Origin: a virus
Lineage: Duplodnaviria > Caudoviricetes
Direction: 5' to 3' (one strand)
IMG/VR virus record: IMGVR_UViG_3300033997_000553
Location: 2,008-66,007 of that record
DNA: 64,000 nucleotides
Part shown: one piece after another, positions 1-9,761 of the stretch
How the letters are laid out: the number at the start of each line of letters is the position of its first letter
Position numbering within the stretch: position 1 is the stretch's first letter
The notes under the pieces: generated by a model
What the model was told of the DNA's origin: nothing
What the model saw: the letters and a program-made list of their open reading frames with translations, nothing else
Databases searched by the model: none
Program-made: the position numbers and the translations under genes

Positions 1-125
1 TCCTTCCAGCTGTCGGTGGTGGCCAGGGCGATGTTGGTCACCGCGTTGCCGTTGGGCAGGTAGCGGGTTTCCGGGTCGCTGCCGACGTTGCCGATCAGGA
101 TTACCTTGTTTACTCCGCGAGCCAT
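1..125 (-). CDS. ssb: Single-stranded DNA-binding protein (5' part; runs off window)
   Basis: Manual translation [41 protein letters not shown], the canonical SSB N-terminus. Confidence 0.95.
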   Translation of the reverse strand, partial: MARGVNKVILIGNVGSDPETRYLPNGNAVTNIALATTDSWK

Positions 126-667
126 TAAGCCGCCTCCGTTTTACTGAGTGCTGATTGCATGAGCTGGTAGGTTCTTGGGGCGCTCTTGGCTTTGCTCCAG
201 TCCAGGCCAACCTCGTCGAGAAAGCTGTCAACGATCTGGTCCCAGTCAGCAACTAGCGCAGCCCATTGCTTGTTGTACTGAGCCATTTCATGGATGCGAG
301 GCACCCACTCGGGTAGCAGATCGAGAAGCAGAAGGCAGCGGTTCAAGTCGTCAGGGTCGAGCGGGTACCGGACGCCGAAGCCGTCGTTCTTGATCGCTAT
401 GCCCATCATGTGGGACCAGATGGCCTTGGATGATTGGCCTACGCGACCGTTGACGATCCAGTTCTGTGCGCGCTGCTCCAGGGGGTGGCTTGGATCGATA
501 CCTGTGTCGTAGCCAAGTGGGCATCCGGCTGTTTCCAGGGCATCGACGCAGGCTTGTTCGAACTTCCGCGCGCCCTTGATCTTGCCCTGCATGTATTCGT
601 TAATCGGCTGGACGATGGCGTCCAGCTGCCGCTGGTTAAGGGCATGCCCGCGAAGAACGATGCTCAT
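125..667 (-). CDS. Phage hypothetical protein
   Basis: 180-aa ORF overlapping both neighbours in the early operon. Confidence 0.8.
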   Translation of the reverse strand: MSIVLRGHALNQRQLDAIVQPINEYMQGKIKGARKFEQACVDALETAGCPLGYDTGIDPSHPLEQRAQNWIVNGRVGQSSKAIWSHMMGIAIKNDGFGVRYPLDPDDLNRCLLLLDLLPEWVPRIHEMAQYNKQWAALVADWDQIVDSFLDEVGLDWSKAKSAPRTYQLMQSALSKTEAA

Positions 668-1452
668 GCAGCCACCTTCGCGCCGGCGCTGGGCTGTTTG
701 CGCAGCGCGCCCTCGTACTTATCAACCAGCAGCTTGAACTCCCACAGGTCTTGCTCCAGCTGCTCGATGTAGTTCTCGTCGCGCTTGAACTCTTGCCACC
801 AGAGCTGGCGACCAACCGGGGCCAGGGCAGGGCAGTACAGGCCGATGTGCCAGAACTTGCGCCCGGTGATCCACATGCAGCCCTGCACCTGGTCGAAGAT
901 CCCCGAGGCGTCGTTGTCGATGTGGAAGGCGCGCAGCTTCTCCGGGGCCAGGAAGCACTTGTATTCGCTGCCGCCGTCCTCGTCGATCAGGCCGTCGGCG
1001 CTACAGCCGAAGCGCCCGTCGGAGGTGGTGACGAAGCCGGCGCGCTGGATAATCAGGCCCGACTGGATTTCGTGCTCCATGCGGGCTTCGGGCTCCAGCT
1101 CATGGCCGCGCTTCATCTGCCAGGTTTCAAACCCGCCATCCAGCGGCTCGCCGCTGATCCGCTCGATCGCCAGGCCAAAGGCGTAGTTCTTGGCGGCCTC
1201 GGAGGGCTCGCCGACCGTTTCGCCGTCCAGGGCGCGGGCGACGGTTTCAGACTTGGGCGCGGCCTTGTAGCTGGCCAGCTCCATCGCCCGCTTCTCGCTG
1301 TGCCCGGCGCGGATGGCGTCGACGTAGATTTTCTGTTGGGCGGTCAGGCCGCCGACCTGGCTGCGGGCCACCTCAAACATGGAGGCGGTGATGCAGCCGG
1401 CGCGGGCGGCGTGCCACTCCGCGCTACCTTGTTCGCACTGGATGATGTTCAT
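664..1452 (-). CDS. YqaJ/lambda-exonuclease family protein
   Basis: QGSAEWHAARAGCITAS, RGHELEPEAR, CSADG...EYKC, QVQGCMW motifs; next to RecT. Confidence 0.92.
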   Translation of the reverse strand: MNIIQCEQGSAEWHAARAGCITASMFEVARSQVGGLTAQQKIYVDAIRAGHSEKRAMELASYKAAPKSETVARALDGETVGEPSEAAKNYAFGLAIERISGEPLDGGFETWQMKRGHELEPEARMEHEIQSGLIIQRAGFVTTSDGRFGCSADGLIDEDGGSEYKCFLAPEKLRAFHIDNDASGIFDQVQGCMWITGRKFWHIGLYCPALAPVGRQLWWQEFKRDENYIEQLEQDLWEFKLLVDKYEGALRKQPSAGAKVAA

Positions 1453-2372
1453 GCGCATTGTCCTTCTAGTGGTTCGCGTTTGAGGATTTCGCCATGGGCG
1501 GTAACGGCAGCCTTCAGGCGCTCATAACCGGGCATGTCTTTAGCCGCACGCAGCGCCGCTACGCCCTGCGTCCAGATAGCCGTCAGCTCTTGCTCAGTCA
1601 CAGCGCTCTTGGCTTTCGTGATCCAGGCGTCTGCCTGGGCGGGGTCAACTGCCGGCGGCTGGCCGCTCAGGTCGATGCCCTGGCCGCCGTCGGTGTTGAG
1701 GTAGTGGATGGCATGCTCCAGCCGTTCGGTTTTCGGCCAGTACTTGTAGGCCCGCTTCACGCAGGTCTTTTTGACCATTTCGCCTTCATCCGTAACCCAG
1801 GGGCAGGTCTTCGTCGGGTCGTTGATGTAGGCCTTCCAGGCGCTGGAGCGATCACGAATGGCAAACACCTCGTCCAGGCTCATGGCCTCGGTGAGGTAGT
1901 CGCCGTCTGCCGTCTTGACCACGACATACACCCCGACGATATCGCCGCGGTCCTTGGCGAATGGGGCGAAGGTGTGGGTCGGCGGGCGGTCAAAGCCGTT
2001 CAGGGCAAACTGGTCCGCCTCGTAGACCAGTTCGGCCTTGGCCCAGCGAATGGAGCCGGTGGCCATCGCCAGATCCATCAGCCCCATATAGCTAATGTCG
2101 AGGCAGATTTTCCCCTCGCGCGGCACCAGGTAGGCCTGTTTCCGCGCAGGGTTCAGGCTGATGCCGATTGATGCGACGTTGGTGATGGAGTCGACCACCG
2201 ACTGGCGATTGTTGGTCGCCACCTTGATGGTGTAGTCGTTGCGGCTGAGCACCTGGAGCGCAAATACAGCCTCGCGCTCGAAGTTGATGGAAGGATCGGA
2301 CAGAACGGATGCGAAGGCCTCACGGCAACCGTAAACGTCGCGCTCCACGATGGCGAACTTGTCGCTACTCAT
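1449..2372 (-). CDS. recT: RecT-family single-strand annealing protein
   Basis: GISLNPARKQAYLVPR, ISYMGL, PWVTDEGEMVKKT motifs. Confidence 0.9.
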   Translation of the reverse strand: MSSDKFAIVERDVYGCREAFASVLSDPSINFEREAVFALQVLSRNDYTIKVATNNRQSVVDSITNVASIGISLNPARKQAYLVPREGKICLDISYMGLMDLAMATGSIRWAKAELVYEADQFALNGFDRPPTHTFAPFAKDRGDIVGVYVVVKTADGDYLTEAMSLDEVFAIRDRSSAWKAYINDPTKTCPWVTDEGEMVKKTCVKRAYKYWPKTERLEHAIHYLNTDGGQGIDLSGQPPAVDPAQADAWITKAKSAVTEQELTAIWTQGVAALRAAKDMPGYERLKAAVTAHGEILKREPLEGQCA

Positions 2373-2382
2373 GGTGGATACC

Positions 2383-3441
2383 TCAGTAGGTGATGCTGAC
2401 GCTCGGCACTTTGCCGGCAGCGATCAGGCGAACCACGGCGCGGGCCTGGTCCTCGGTGATGCCGGTCGCCATGATCGCCACCTTGGCAGCGGTCAGGATG
2501 CGGACGCGGTGCTCGGTGTTGGCCTGGCGCTGGGCGGCCTCGTCACGCTCGCGCTGCTGCTGGGCTTCCTGGTCCAGGCGGGCCTGCTCAGTCGCGCGCT
2601 CGGCGCGCTCTTCTGCCTCGCGTAGCTGGCGGGCGCTTTCTTCCTGCTGGCGCAGGCGCTCGTCTTCAGCGCGCTGGGCGGCCTCTTCGGCCTCGCGCAC
2701 CTTGTTGGCCGCGGCAATGCGCTCGTTCTCGGCGCGCTGCTCAGCCTCCTTGCGGGCCTGCTGGGCGGCCTGCTCGGCAATCTCACGCTCGCGTTCGCGC
2801 TGCTCGGTTTCAGCCTGCTTGCGGCGCAGCTCGGTCAGTTCTGCCTGCTCGGCCTCGTACTTCTGGCGGCTGGCAAGGGCGGCGTTGAGCGAGTCGACGC
2901 TGGCCTGGTAGACGACGCCGGCCTCTTCGGCGCGCAGGCCGTAGTCCGTCTGCCGGTATTCGGCTTCCAGGGCGACGAGGTACTGCGCCAGGGTGGCGCT
3001 GTCGTCCTCCACCTTGGTGACGCAGGCCAGGTGCAGGCGCTTGATGGCGGCCTCGATGCTCGCCTCGCGCTCTTCCAGCTCGCGCTGAATGCGCTCCTGC
3101 TCGGCTTCCCAGTCATCCAGCGGCTTGCGCACCTGGTCGCGCAGGGCGTCCATCTGCTGGGCGAACTCACGCAGCTCGGCCTCGATCGCCTTGGGCAGCT
3201 CCTTGATGCGCTTCAGGTACTCGCGGCCTGGCTTCTCGACTGCCGTCTTGGAGCGGCTGACCTGCGCGGCCAGGGAGGCGACACGATCGCGGCCCTTGCG
3301 GGTGGTCAGGTCTGGAACTTCGCCACTGACCGCCTCGCGGGCGGCGTTTACGAAGGCTTCCAGTTTGCTGTGGCCGTAGATGGCAGGCGCGTTCTCGGCG
3401 CTGATTTCCTCGACGGCTGCGATTTCAGTTGTTTCGGACAT
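2383..3441 (-). CDS. Coiled-coil phage protein of the recombination module
   Basis: 352-aa E/Q/R/A-rich ORF with VPDLTTRKGRDRVASLA N-terminus, common upstream of recT/exo. Confidence 0.8.
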   Translation of the reverse strand: MSETTEIAAVEEISAENAPAIYGHSKLEAFVNAAREAVSGEVPDLTTRKGRDRVASLAAQVSRSKTAVEKPGREYLKRIKELPKAIEAELREFAQQMDALRDQVRKPLDDWEAEQERIQRELEEREASIEAAIKRLHLACVTKVEDDSATLAQYLVALEAEYRQTDYGLRAEEAGVVYQASVDSLNAALASRQKYEAEQAELTELRRKQAETEQREREREIAEQAAQQARKEAEQRAENERIAAANKVREAEEAAQRAEDERLRQQEESARQLREAEERAERATEQARLDQEAQQQRERDEAAQRQANTEHRVRILTAAKVAIMATGITEDQARAVVRLIAAGKVPSVSITY

Positions 3442-3663
3442 GACTGTCTCCCGCCGGTATCGGCATGAGCGTGTGAATTAGTTGGCCTTTGACGCAGGCC
3501 TTACGCCCGGCATCCGTGCCACTGGGGGCCGCCCTCGTTGGTTAAGCGGCTTTTGCGGTGAGCAGATCTGCCAGCGCGGGGCCGGCGATCAGCACGATGA
3601 AGAGCAGGAGGCCAAGCCCGCATTCCTTCCAGAAGCGAATGCGGCGGGCGCGTTGTTCGTGGG

Positions 3664-3852
3664 TCATGGCGACTCCTCCAGAGACAGAAGCCGCTCGCCC
3701 AGTTCGATGCGGGCCGGCACCTGTTCTTTCTCGATACCGACCAGTTCGGCAATCTCCCGAAGCGTCAGGCCGCCGCGGCGCAACCTGGCGCAGCGCTTGG
3801 CCTTTGCATGGGATCGTTTCTCGGCCCCTCTACCCTGCACGGCGCACCTCAC
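3664..3852 (-). CDS. Small HTH protein
   Basis: GLTLREIAELVGI HTH-like segment. Confidence 0.55.
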   Translation of the reverse strand: MRCAVQGRGAEKRSHAKAKRCARLRRGGLTLREIAELVGIEKEQVPARIELGERLLSLEESP

Positions 3853-3969
3853 ATACCCAGCGCCCGCCGGACTTGAAAGGCGTGCGCGTGAACGACACCT
3901 CGGTGATCAGCTCATACCCCTGCCCGGAAAGGGCTCGGGCGATTCCCTGGAGTGAACCGGCGATGATGG

Positions 3970-4218
3970 TCATGCTGGCGCTCCTATCGTCCGCCGGTGG
4001 CGCTCGGCGCACAGCTCGCGGCGCCGCTTGTCTACGGCCAGATCCAGCGTGCGCTGCCAGTAGCCGAGGCCTGTATCGGTAATCAGCCCGGCGGCATAGG
4101 CCATCTGGATCATGCCATCGCACAGGTCAGGAGCAGGGCATTGCGATACCGCAACCTGCTCGACCTGCTGGCGGATCAGCCGCTCAGCCCTGGCTTTCAT
4201 CAATTCGCACTGGCTCAT
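3970..4218 (-). CDS. Hypothetical early protein
   Basis: 82-aa ORF with ATGA-type overlaps to neighbours. Confidence 0.7.
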   Translation of the reverse strand: MSQCELMKARAERLIRQQVEQVAVSQCPAPDLCDGMIQMAYAAGLITDTGLGYWQRTLDLAVDKRRRELCAERHRRTIGAPA

Positions 4219-4517
4219 GCGCTAACCCCCGGCTGATACTCCAGGCACTGGAGCTTGCTGATCTGTTCGAGCAGATAGCTGACCTTGCGCTCGCTGGCTT
4301 CTCGCGTAGCCGCAATCTCCCGTTCCAGCGTCTCAACCATTGCAGCGGTCGGGTCTACGTCAGGCAGAGGCAGGGTTACTTCGACCTGACCCAGGCAGGC
4401 GTAGCCGCTGCTGCCGCCGCCCATGTCGAAGGGGAACAGCGAGTAGGTCATTTCGCCCGCTTTCGCGCCCGGCTTGGCGTGCAGGAACGGCGTGAGAGTG
4501 ATTTGCTTGGTGCTCAT
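4215..4517 (-). CDS. Hypothetical early protein
   Basis: 100-aa ORF, coupled overlaps. Confidence 0.75.
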   Translation of the reverse strand: MSTKQITLTPFLHAKPGAKAGEMTYSLFPFDMGGGSSGYACLGQVEVTLPLPDVDPTAAMVETLEREIAATREASERKVSYLLEQISKLQCLEYQPGVSA

Positions 4518-4873
4518 GCTCTGTTCTCCAGTTGGGTGGTAACCATCCCCTCGGCCAGCTTGGCTAGGGGATCATGGAAGCGGGCGGCCAGCTCAGTGGC
4601 CTTGAGCGTGTCGCAGGCCAGCAGGGCCACGATGATCTGCACCAGCAGGTGCTCGCGGTCCTGATCTGCCAGCAGCTCGTCGGCGGAGCTGGCGAAATCG
4701 GTCATGCCTTTGTGGGGCAGAAAGCTGATCTGGTCTGCATCCCAGCCATTCAGCAACTGGCCGACCTGCGCGGCGATGTAGTCCTCGCGCCCGTCATCAC
4801 AAGGCGGTTCGGCGTTATCCCAGGCCGCCTGGCCGGCGGCGAAGGCGCGGGCATTGCGTAGTGCAAGACTCAT
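4514..4873 (-). CDS. Hypothetical early protein
   Basis: Start MSLALRNA after a GAGGA RBS. Confidence 0.7.
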   Translation of the reverse strand: MSLALRNARAFAAGQAAWDNAEPPCDDGREDYIAAQVGQLLNGWDADQISFLPHKGMTDFASSADELLADQDREHLLVQIIVALLACDTLKATELAARFHDPLAKLAEGMVTTQLENRA

Positions 4874-5257
4874 GGCTTGATCCTCGCTGTTCGCTCTCAT
4901 AGGTCGCGCACCTACCACCCCCAGACCTTCCGCAAGGTGAGGCAGCAAGTGCGCGGCGTATGAGTGGCGAAAAAATTCCCCGGTGTGCGCGGGGCAAAGG
5001 CCTGATGAAGGAGTGATGCCAGGAGGCATCGGGGTGTGATCGAATCGCCATGAGTGTTGCCCGTCTTCACCAGTCAGCTCATGAAGCTGCCTATCGGCTC
5101 AGGGCAAGGTGGCCACCCTGCTATCACGACATGGCGCCGATCACACTCCGATACGCCCTGGCGGGTTTCTCGGGCCGGTGGTTATCGATCACCGACGAAA
5201 CGAACAGACATTCACCCGGATTAGGCACCCAGTACGGCCTGTCAGCGCTGTCGGTGT

Positions 5258-5464
5258 TCAGGCGTACATGAAAACCTTGATGTAGCCACCGCCAACTGTC
5301 TGGCGCTCCCAGCGGTTGAAGAAGGTTGCGGCGCCGAACTTCTTAATGGCCGCCTGACGAACCTGCACTTCAACGTCCAGCGGATGCTCGCCAATGTCCG
5401 GCAGGGCCAGCCACTCAAGGCGCTTGCCGTTGCTCAGGTGTGCGTCGATGTTGAATTGGGCCAT
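5258..5464 (-). CDS. Hypothetical early protein
   Basis: MAQFNIDAHLSNGKRLEW..., GGAGG RBS. Confidence 0.7.
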   Translation of the reverse strand: MAQFNIDAHLSNGKRLEWLALPDIGEHPLDVEVQVRQAAIKKFGAATFFNRWERQTVGGGYIKVFMYA

Positions 5465-5785
5465 TTCGATTCCCTCCCGGTTGATTCCAAAGCCCCCGGT
5501 CACCCAGGGGCTTCAGTAATTCGTCGGTGTTGCCGTTGCCCGCTGTTACTCGATCGCGCCACCTGCAGGCATGGGCGCATTTCTTGGGAGCCTGTACTGC
5601 GCTCCGACGTCAGCCGCGCGGGTGTGCCGCTGACTCTCGCTTCTGGTGCTTTACGCTGCACACCTTGGGGGAGGCGCCCCATCTCAGAGAATCCGCTTGA
5701 AGGTCATGGCTCCCTGATCGCTGCCATGGCCGGCGCTCGTGCGCTGCGGCTTGTCTTGCTGCCGGTGTTGGCCGGCGTTGAGGTG

Positions 5786-5829
5786 ATAATCACGCATCGT
5801 GTTTATCCTGTCAAACACATAGCGTGATT
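5786..5829 (-). promoter_or_regulatory. PL-like promoter with two repressor operators
   Basis: Minus strand TTGACA-17-GATTAT; 17-bp pseudo-palindromes AATCACGCATCGTGTTT (5788-5804) and AAACACATAGCGTGATT (5813-5829). Confidence 0.88.
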
Positions 5830-5892
5830 TATTTTCACGCGCCAAGAAAAAATCCCGCTAAGATGCGGGCTGCTCGCCGGAATGCGAAAACG

Positions 5893-5920
5893 AAAAAGCC
5901 CGGCACTTGGCCAGGCTTTC
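5893..5920 (-). terminator. Rho-independent terminator
   Basis: Minus strand AAAGCCTGG-loop-CCGGGCTTTTT. Confidence 0.6.
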
Positions 5921-5995
5921 GGGGATGGAGCGCTGCTGATGCGGCGCTCGTTTGGAATAGGTGCCGGGGCCAAGCAGCGGCCCCGGCGTCTACTG

Positions 5996-6094
5996 CTAGG
6001 TGAGCATGCTGGTGACGATGACAGCCCAGCGCCCAAGGGCGATGAGTTGCGCATGCGTCACCTGCACGCTTACCTTCAGTGTCAGCGTAATCAT
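5996..6094 (-). CDS. 32-aa hydrophobic peptide
   Basis: MITLTLKVSVQVTHAQLIALGRWAVIVTSMLT with GAGGT RBS. Confidence 0.5.
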   Translation of the reverse strand: MITLTLKVSVQVTHAQLIALGRWAVIVTSMLT

Positions 6095-6494
6095 GAGTTG
6101 TACCTCATGGTGTCGCTGGCAGAGCGCTCCACCAACCGACAGTGGTCGGGAAGTGGTTCGGATCGGTGCGATTGAACGGGTGCCCATATCGCAGGGCAGG
6201 CGATTAACCCGAACAATCGCCCGACCATCCGCCGCGTGGCCGCGCGACGGTCGGGCGCAAGCAGACACGGTTGACGTGTGCCTTGTCGGAGGCGACCTCC
6301 TGCTTGCGTTCCAACCTGGTTGCTACCCTGTAGCTCGAACGGGGTAGCAACATTTTTTACAAATCACCGCCGCACCAGGTGATGGCCATTGTCAGATGAA
6401 GGCTAGAGCATCGACTTCGGCGGCCGGGCATCACCCAGCCAACCCGCTCATGCCGCGCTGGGCGAGGTAGTAGCGTGCCTTTTCGCGGTGAGGG

Positions 6495-7250
6495 TCAGCC
6501 AATCTGGCCAAAATTATTGATAAACATATCAATTTGGCTTTTGCCATTCATGGTGTAACTCTTGCCCTTCGCGTCGGGAACAATGGTTATTGATAGGCCG
6601 CTATCGCTATCTTTGATTCCGCCAGCTTTGCGCTGAATGTCTAAGTGAGAGCTAGGAAACACAGCGAAAACATTTCCACCCTTGCCGCGCATGAGAAACA
6701 CGTAGTAGGTGCTGCCTCGGTGATTAGCCTCGAAGGATGATCGCTTTATGGAAAAATAGAACTTCCCGTCTGCGCGCTGCGTTGCGGTTTTAACCTGCAG
6801 GTGGAAGTAGTGACCAGCCTTTGAGGCGACGATATCTATTCCCTGGTCAACAGTCATCAGTGACGCATTGAATCCCCAGAAAAGCATTTCGCTCATAACG
6901 GCAAGCTCGCCGGCCTTCCCAAGATATAGCGTGTCAGCTGGAGGCGGCTCATGCGTTGCGCCGGCCTTCATAATGCGGGTCTGCTTTAGGCGGTACATGC
7001 CTCTTTTATTTGAGACGGTCTTTCCAAATAAATCTTTTTTGCCTGCTACGCGAGCGAAAGGCGAGTCTTTGCGCTTCACGCTTGCGGCAAGCGCAGCCCC
7101 TACTTTCTTGGCAAACTCATCAGCGCTCATGCCTAGAGTGGCGTTACGTGCAGATGCCTTGGCTGCAATCTCATCCAGATGCGCTTGCTTGCCTGGCATA
7201 TCTCCAAGCACTTCGTGGGCAGCTTGCAGTATCGGCGTAAGCTCCAACAT
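6495..7250 (-). CDS. HARE-HTH-like domain fused to a PD-(D/E)XK nuclease (immunity-region moron)
   Basis: N-terminal ILQAAHEVL...HLDEIA...GMYRL winged helix; C-terminal GKAGELAV...GIDIV...QVKT; lower GC than flanks. Confidence 0.8.
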   Translation of the reverse strand: MLELTPILQAAHEVLGDMPGKQAHLDEIAAKASARNATLGMSADEFAKKVGAALAASVKRKDSPFARVAGKKDLFGKTVSNKRGMYRLKQTRIMKAGATHEPPPADTLYLGKAGELAVMSEMLFWGFNASLMTVDQGIDIVASKAGHYFHLQVKTATQRADGKFYFSIKRSSFEANHRGSTYYVFLMRGKGGNVFAVFPSSHLDIQRKAGGIKDSDSGLSITIVPDAKGKSYTMNGKSQIDMFINNFGQIG

Positions 7251-7322
7251 ATTTTGGCCTTCCTTGGGTGGGCGTTTACAGCTTCTTGGCATTCCAAGCC
7301 AGCAGCACGCGGGAATGGATGA

Positions 7323-8024
7323 TCAGAACATCGACTTCGGAGGCCGAGCATCAATCACCCGGCCAATGATCCGCACGTTGTCGGTGATCTCCATCGTCTT
7401 GAAACTGGGATTGAGTGGGCGCAGGTACTCGACGCCAGCGTCCCTGACGTACTGCTTAAAGGTGGTTTCGCCGGTGTTTAGCAGCTTGGCGATGTAGAAC
7501 TTGCCGCTGATGAGGTCAAACCCCTCCGGCTGCACCAGGATGCGCATGCCTTCGGTGAAGGCGAAGCCGGTCGGCGGCATCATCGATTCGCCACCGACCT
7601 TCAGCCAGTAGCCGTGCGGCCCGGCGCGCTCGTCCGATTCGATCCATTCCTCGGCATCGCCCGGCAGGAAGGTGTCACACGCCTCGGCCCAGCTTCCTGC
7701 AGCCACCCAACTGATCAATGGGTACTCCTTAACTTCCCTGTACGGCTGGAGCGTAGGGGATACGTTGTTGCGCTCTTGAGGCCTGCCGAGCTCGCTCACG
7801 ACGGCCGAGGTATTCGGCAGAGGCTGCGGCATCATTATTTCAGCCTGATCGATCCGCAGCGCCTTTGCTATTAGCGCAAGGTCGGCCAGTGTCGGTTCGC
7901 GCGTGTCGCGCTCGTAGTTACCGATGCGTGATTGCGATTTCCAGCCGCAAGCTTTCGCTAAGTCGGCCTGTGAGATGCCGGCGATCTTGCGGAAATGAGC
8001 AATGCGTGATCCGAGAGTTTTCAT
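7323..8024 (-). CDS. cI: CI-like repressor (XRE HTH + S24 peptidase)
   Basis: ISQADLAKACG...RIGNYE HTH; VAAG cleavage site; GESM serine and TFK lysine. Confidence 0.95.
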   Translation of the reverse strand: MKTLGSRIAHFRKIAGISQADLAKACGWKSQSRIGNYERDTREPTLADLALIAKALRIDQAEIMMPQPLPNTSAVVSELGRPQERNNVSPTLQPYREVKEYPLISWVAAGSWAEACDTFLPGDAEEWIESDERAGPHGYWLKVGGESMMPPTGFAFTEGMRILVQPEGFDLISGKFYIAKLLNTGETTFKQYVRDAGVEYLRPLNPSFKTMEITDNVRIIGRVIDARPPKSMF

Positions 8025-8036
8025 ACCGCAAATTCT

Positions 8037-8103
8037 AATCACGGAATGAAATGGCGGAGTCTCACTAATTGTGTTTGCCATAATCACGCATCGTGTTTAT
8101 CCT
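8037..8103 (+). promoter_or_regulatory. PR-like promoter with OR operators
   Basis: TTGCCA-17-TATCCT; operator AATCACGCATCGTGTTT (8082-8098) identical to the OL copy; degenerate copies at 8060-8076 and 8037-8053. Confidence 0.88.
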
Positions 8104-8133
8104 CCAGAGTCAAAGACTCAAGGGAGCCTATGA

Positions 8134-8361
8134 ATGAACCGAATCCGTGAAGTACGAGAGGGCGCAGGAGTTACCCAGGCCGCCCTTTACCGCCAATTGA
8201 AGTGGGGGCAGTCGCGCCTTGCGAACTACGAGACAGGCGCTAGGTTGCCGGGCCTCAATGATGCCCGTGAAATCGTAGCAGCCTTGAACCTACTCGGCGC
8301 TAAGTGCGGCCTGGCCGATGTCTTCCCTGAGCCCGCCCAGCCCCCAAAGACGGCGGCATAG
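8134..8361 (+). CDS. cro: Cro-like HTH repressor
   Basis: 75-aa XRE HTH divergent from cI. Confidence 0.9.
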   Translation: MNRIREVREGAGVTQAALYRQLKWGQSRLANYETGARLPGLNDAREIVAALNLLGAKCGLADVFPEPAQPPKTAA

Positions 8362-8372
8362 GAGGCGCGCCT

Positions 8373-8471
8373 ATGACCTTAGCTCAGCGACTGAAGGCCA
8401 TCGAACGCCACGCCGAGCTGCTGGTGGACGACCTGCGACATCTGCGCGAAGACCTCGAGCACGACGAGTAG
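8373..8471 (+). CDS. 32-aa helical peptide after cro
   Basis: GGAGG RBS; MTLAQRLKAIERHAELLVDDLRHLREDLEHDE. Confidence 0.55.
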   Translation: MTLAQRLKAIERHAELLVDDLRHLREDLEHDE

Positions 8472-8654
8472 GGCAGCGGCGGGGGCCGCTGAGCAGCACC
8501 GCGTAGCCGGCCACTTGGCCGCTCGCAACAGGCAAGACCATTAGGGGATAGGGATGGACGGCAACGCGACAGGGGTAGGGGGATTCTTCGCGCTTCTGGC
8601 GACCAGCCAGATGGCGGGCATCGTCGCGCCTGCTGGTTGCTGAATCGCAGGCAC

Positions 8655-8683
8655 AAAAAAGCCACCGGGCAGGGTGGCTTCTT
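8655..8683. terminator. tR1-like hairpin, possibly bidirectional
   Basis: AAAAAAGCCACC-loop-GGTGGCTTCTTC. Confidence 0.55.
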
Positions 8684-8706
8684 CAACAGCTTCAACGGGG
8701 GCAAGT

Positions 8707-8961
8707 ATGGCGAATCACAACCCGAACAGCAACACAGGTGCAAGCCAGCGCAAGGCCATCGAGGCGTTCTTGCGCGGCGGGAACAGCCTCACGGCGCTGC
8801 AGGCGCTCAACCACTTCGGCTGCGCCCGATTGGCCGCGCGCATCGACGATCTGCGCAATGCTGGCCTGCCCATCGAGTCGGTGCCGGTCGTGGTGACGAA
8901 CCGCGACGGCAAGCGCGTGCGGGTAGCCGAGTACCGGCTTGCCCAAGGGGCGACGGCGTGA
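8707..8961 (+). CDS. Winged-HTH phage protein
   Basis: LTALQALNHFGCARLAARIDDLRNAG motif. Confidence 0.8.
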   Translation: MANHNPNSNTGASQRKAIEAFLRGGNSLTALQALNHFGCARLAARIDDLRNAGLPIESVPVVVTNRDGKRVRVAEYRLAQGATA

Positions 8962-9761
8962 GTGTACAAGCCATGACCTGGGCGCTCGAGCAGCGCGAAG
9001 TCACAGCCCCGACAGCGCGCCATGTGCTGCTGTGCCTGGCCAACTATGCCGACAAGGACGGCAAGGCCGCATTCCCGTCGGCGAGCAGCTTGAGCGAGGA
9101 CACCGGGCTTTCCGTTCGCACGATCCGTACCGCGCTCGACACCCTGCGTGAAGCCGGTGTTATCGCACTCGGCAATCAGGCCATCGCGGCGGCCTACATC
9201 GTTCGCCATGACCGTCGCCCGGTGGTCTATGACCTGGTGATGGTACGGGGTGCAGCTACTGCATCCGGTGCTGAACGGGGTGCAGCTGACGACACAACGG
9301 GGTGCAGCTCTTGCGCGAACGGGGTGCAGCTGACGACACAACGGGGTGCAGCAGCTGCACCCAATCCGTCCTTTAACCATCCATTAACCGTCAATGAACC
9401 GAAAGAGCCTGGCGCTGGCGCGCCGCCCAAGCGGGTCAAGTTCGATCCGCTGACCGCTAAGCCGGCCAATGTGGGCGAGCAGGCATGGGCGGACTGGTGC
9501 CAGCACCGCAAAGAGATCGGCAAGCCGCTGACCGCCAAGAGCTGCGAGCAGCAGGCCAAGACGCTGGCGAATCACCCGGCGCCGGACGGCGTGCTGGCCA
9601 CTTCGATCAGCAACGGCTGGACCGGGATATTCCCAGACCGCACTGCCGCGGCCAGCAATGTCCACCCGTTCACGCAGCCATTAAGCCGCCACAGCGGGTT
9701 CGATCAACGCGATTACACCGACGGCCTGACCGAGCGGGAGGATGGCACTCATGCGTTCTGA
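8958..9761 (+). CDS. Replication initiator (lambda O-like)
   Basis: ARHVLLCLANYADKDG...FPS...LSEDTGLSVRTI wHTH; internal iterons; upstream of DnaC; GTG start. Confidence 0.88.
   Translation: MSVQAMTWALEQREVTAPTARHVLLCLANYADKDGKAAFPSASSLSEDTGLSVRTIRTALDTLREAGVIALGNQAIAAAYIVRHDRRPVVYDLVMVRGAATASGAERGAADDTTGCSSCANGVQLTTQRGAAAAPNPSFNHPLTVNEPKEPGAGAPPKRVKFDPLTAKPANVGEQAWADWCQHRKEIGKPLTAKSCEQQAKTLANHPAPDGVLATSISNGWTGIFPDRTAAASNVHPFTQPLSRHSGFDQRDYTDGLTEREDGTHAF
9245..9392 (+). repeat. Replication-origin iterons
   Basis: Five ACGGGGTGCAGC copies (9245, 9275, 9297, 9319, 9341; mostly 22-bp spacing) followed by an AT-richer tract. Confidence 0.88.

Noticed and set aside
9245-9360. Short spaced repeats resembling a mini-CRISPR
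   Set aside because: 12-bp units with ~10-nt partly repeated spacers inside an initiator gene; these are iterons and no cas genes are present
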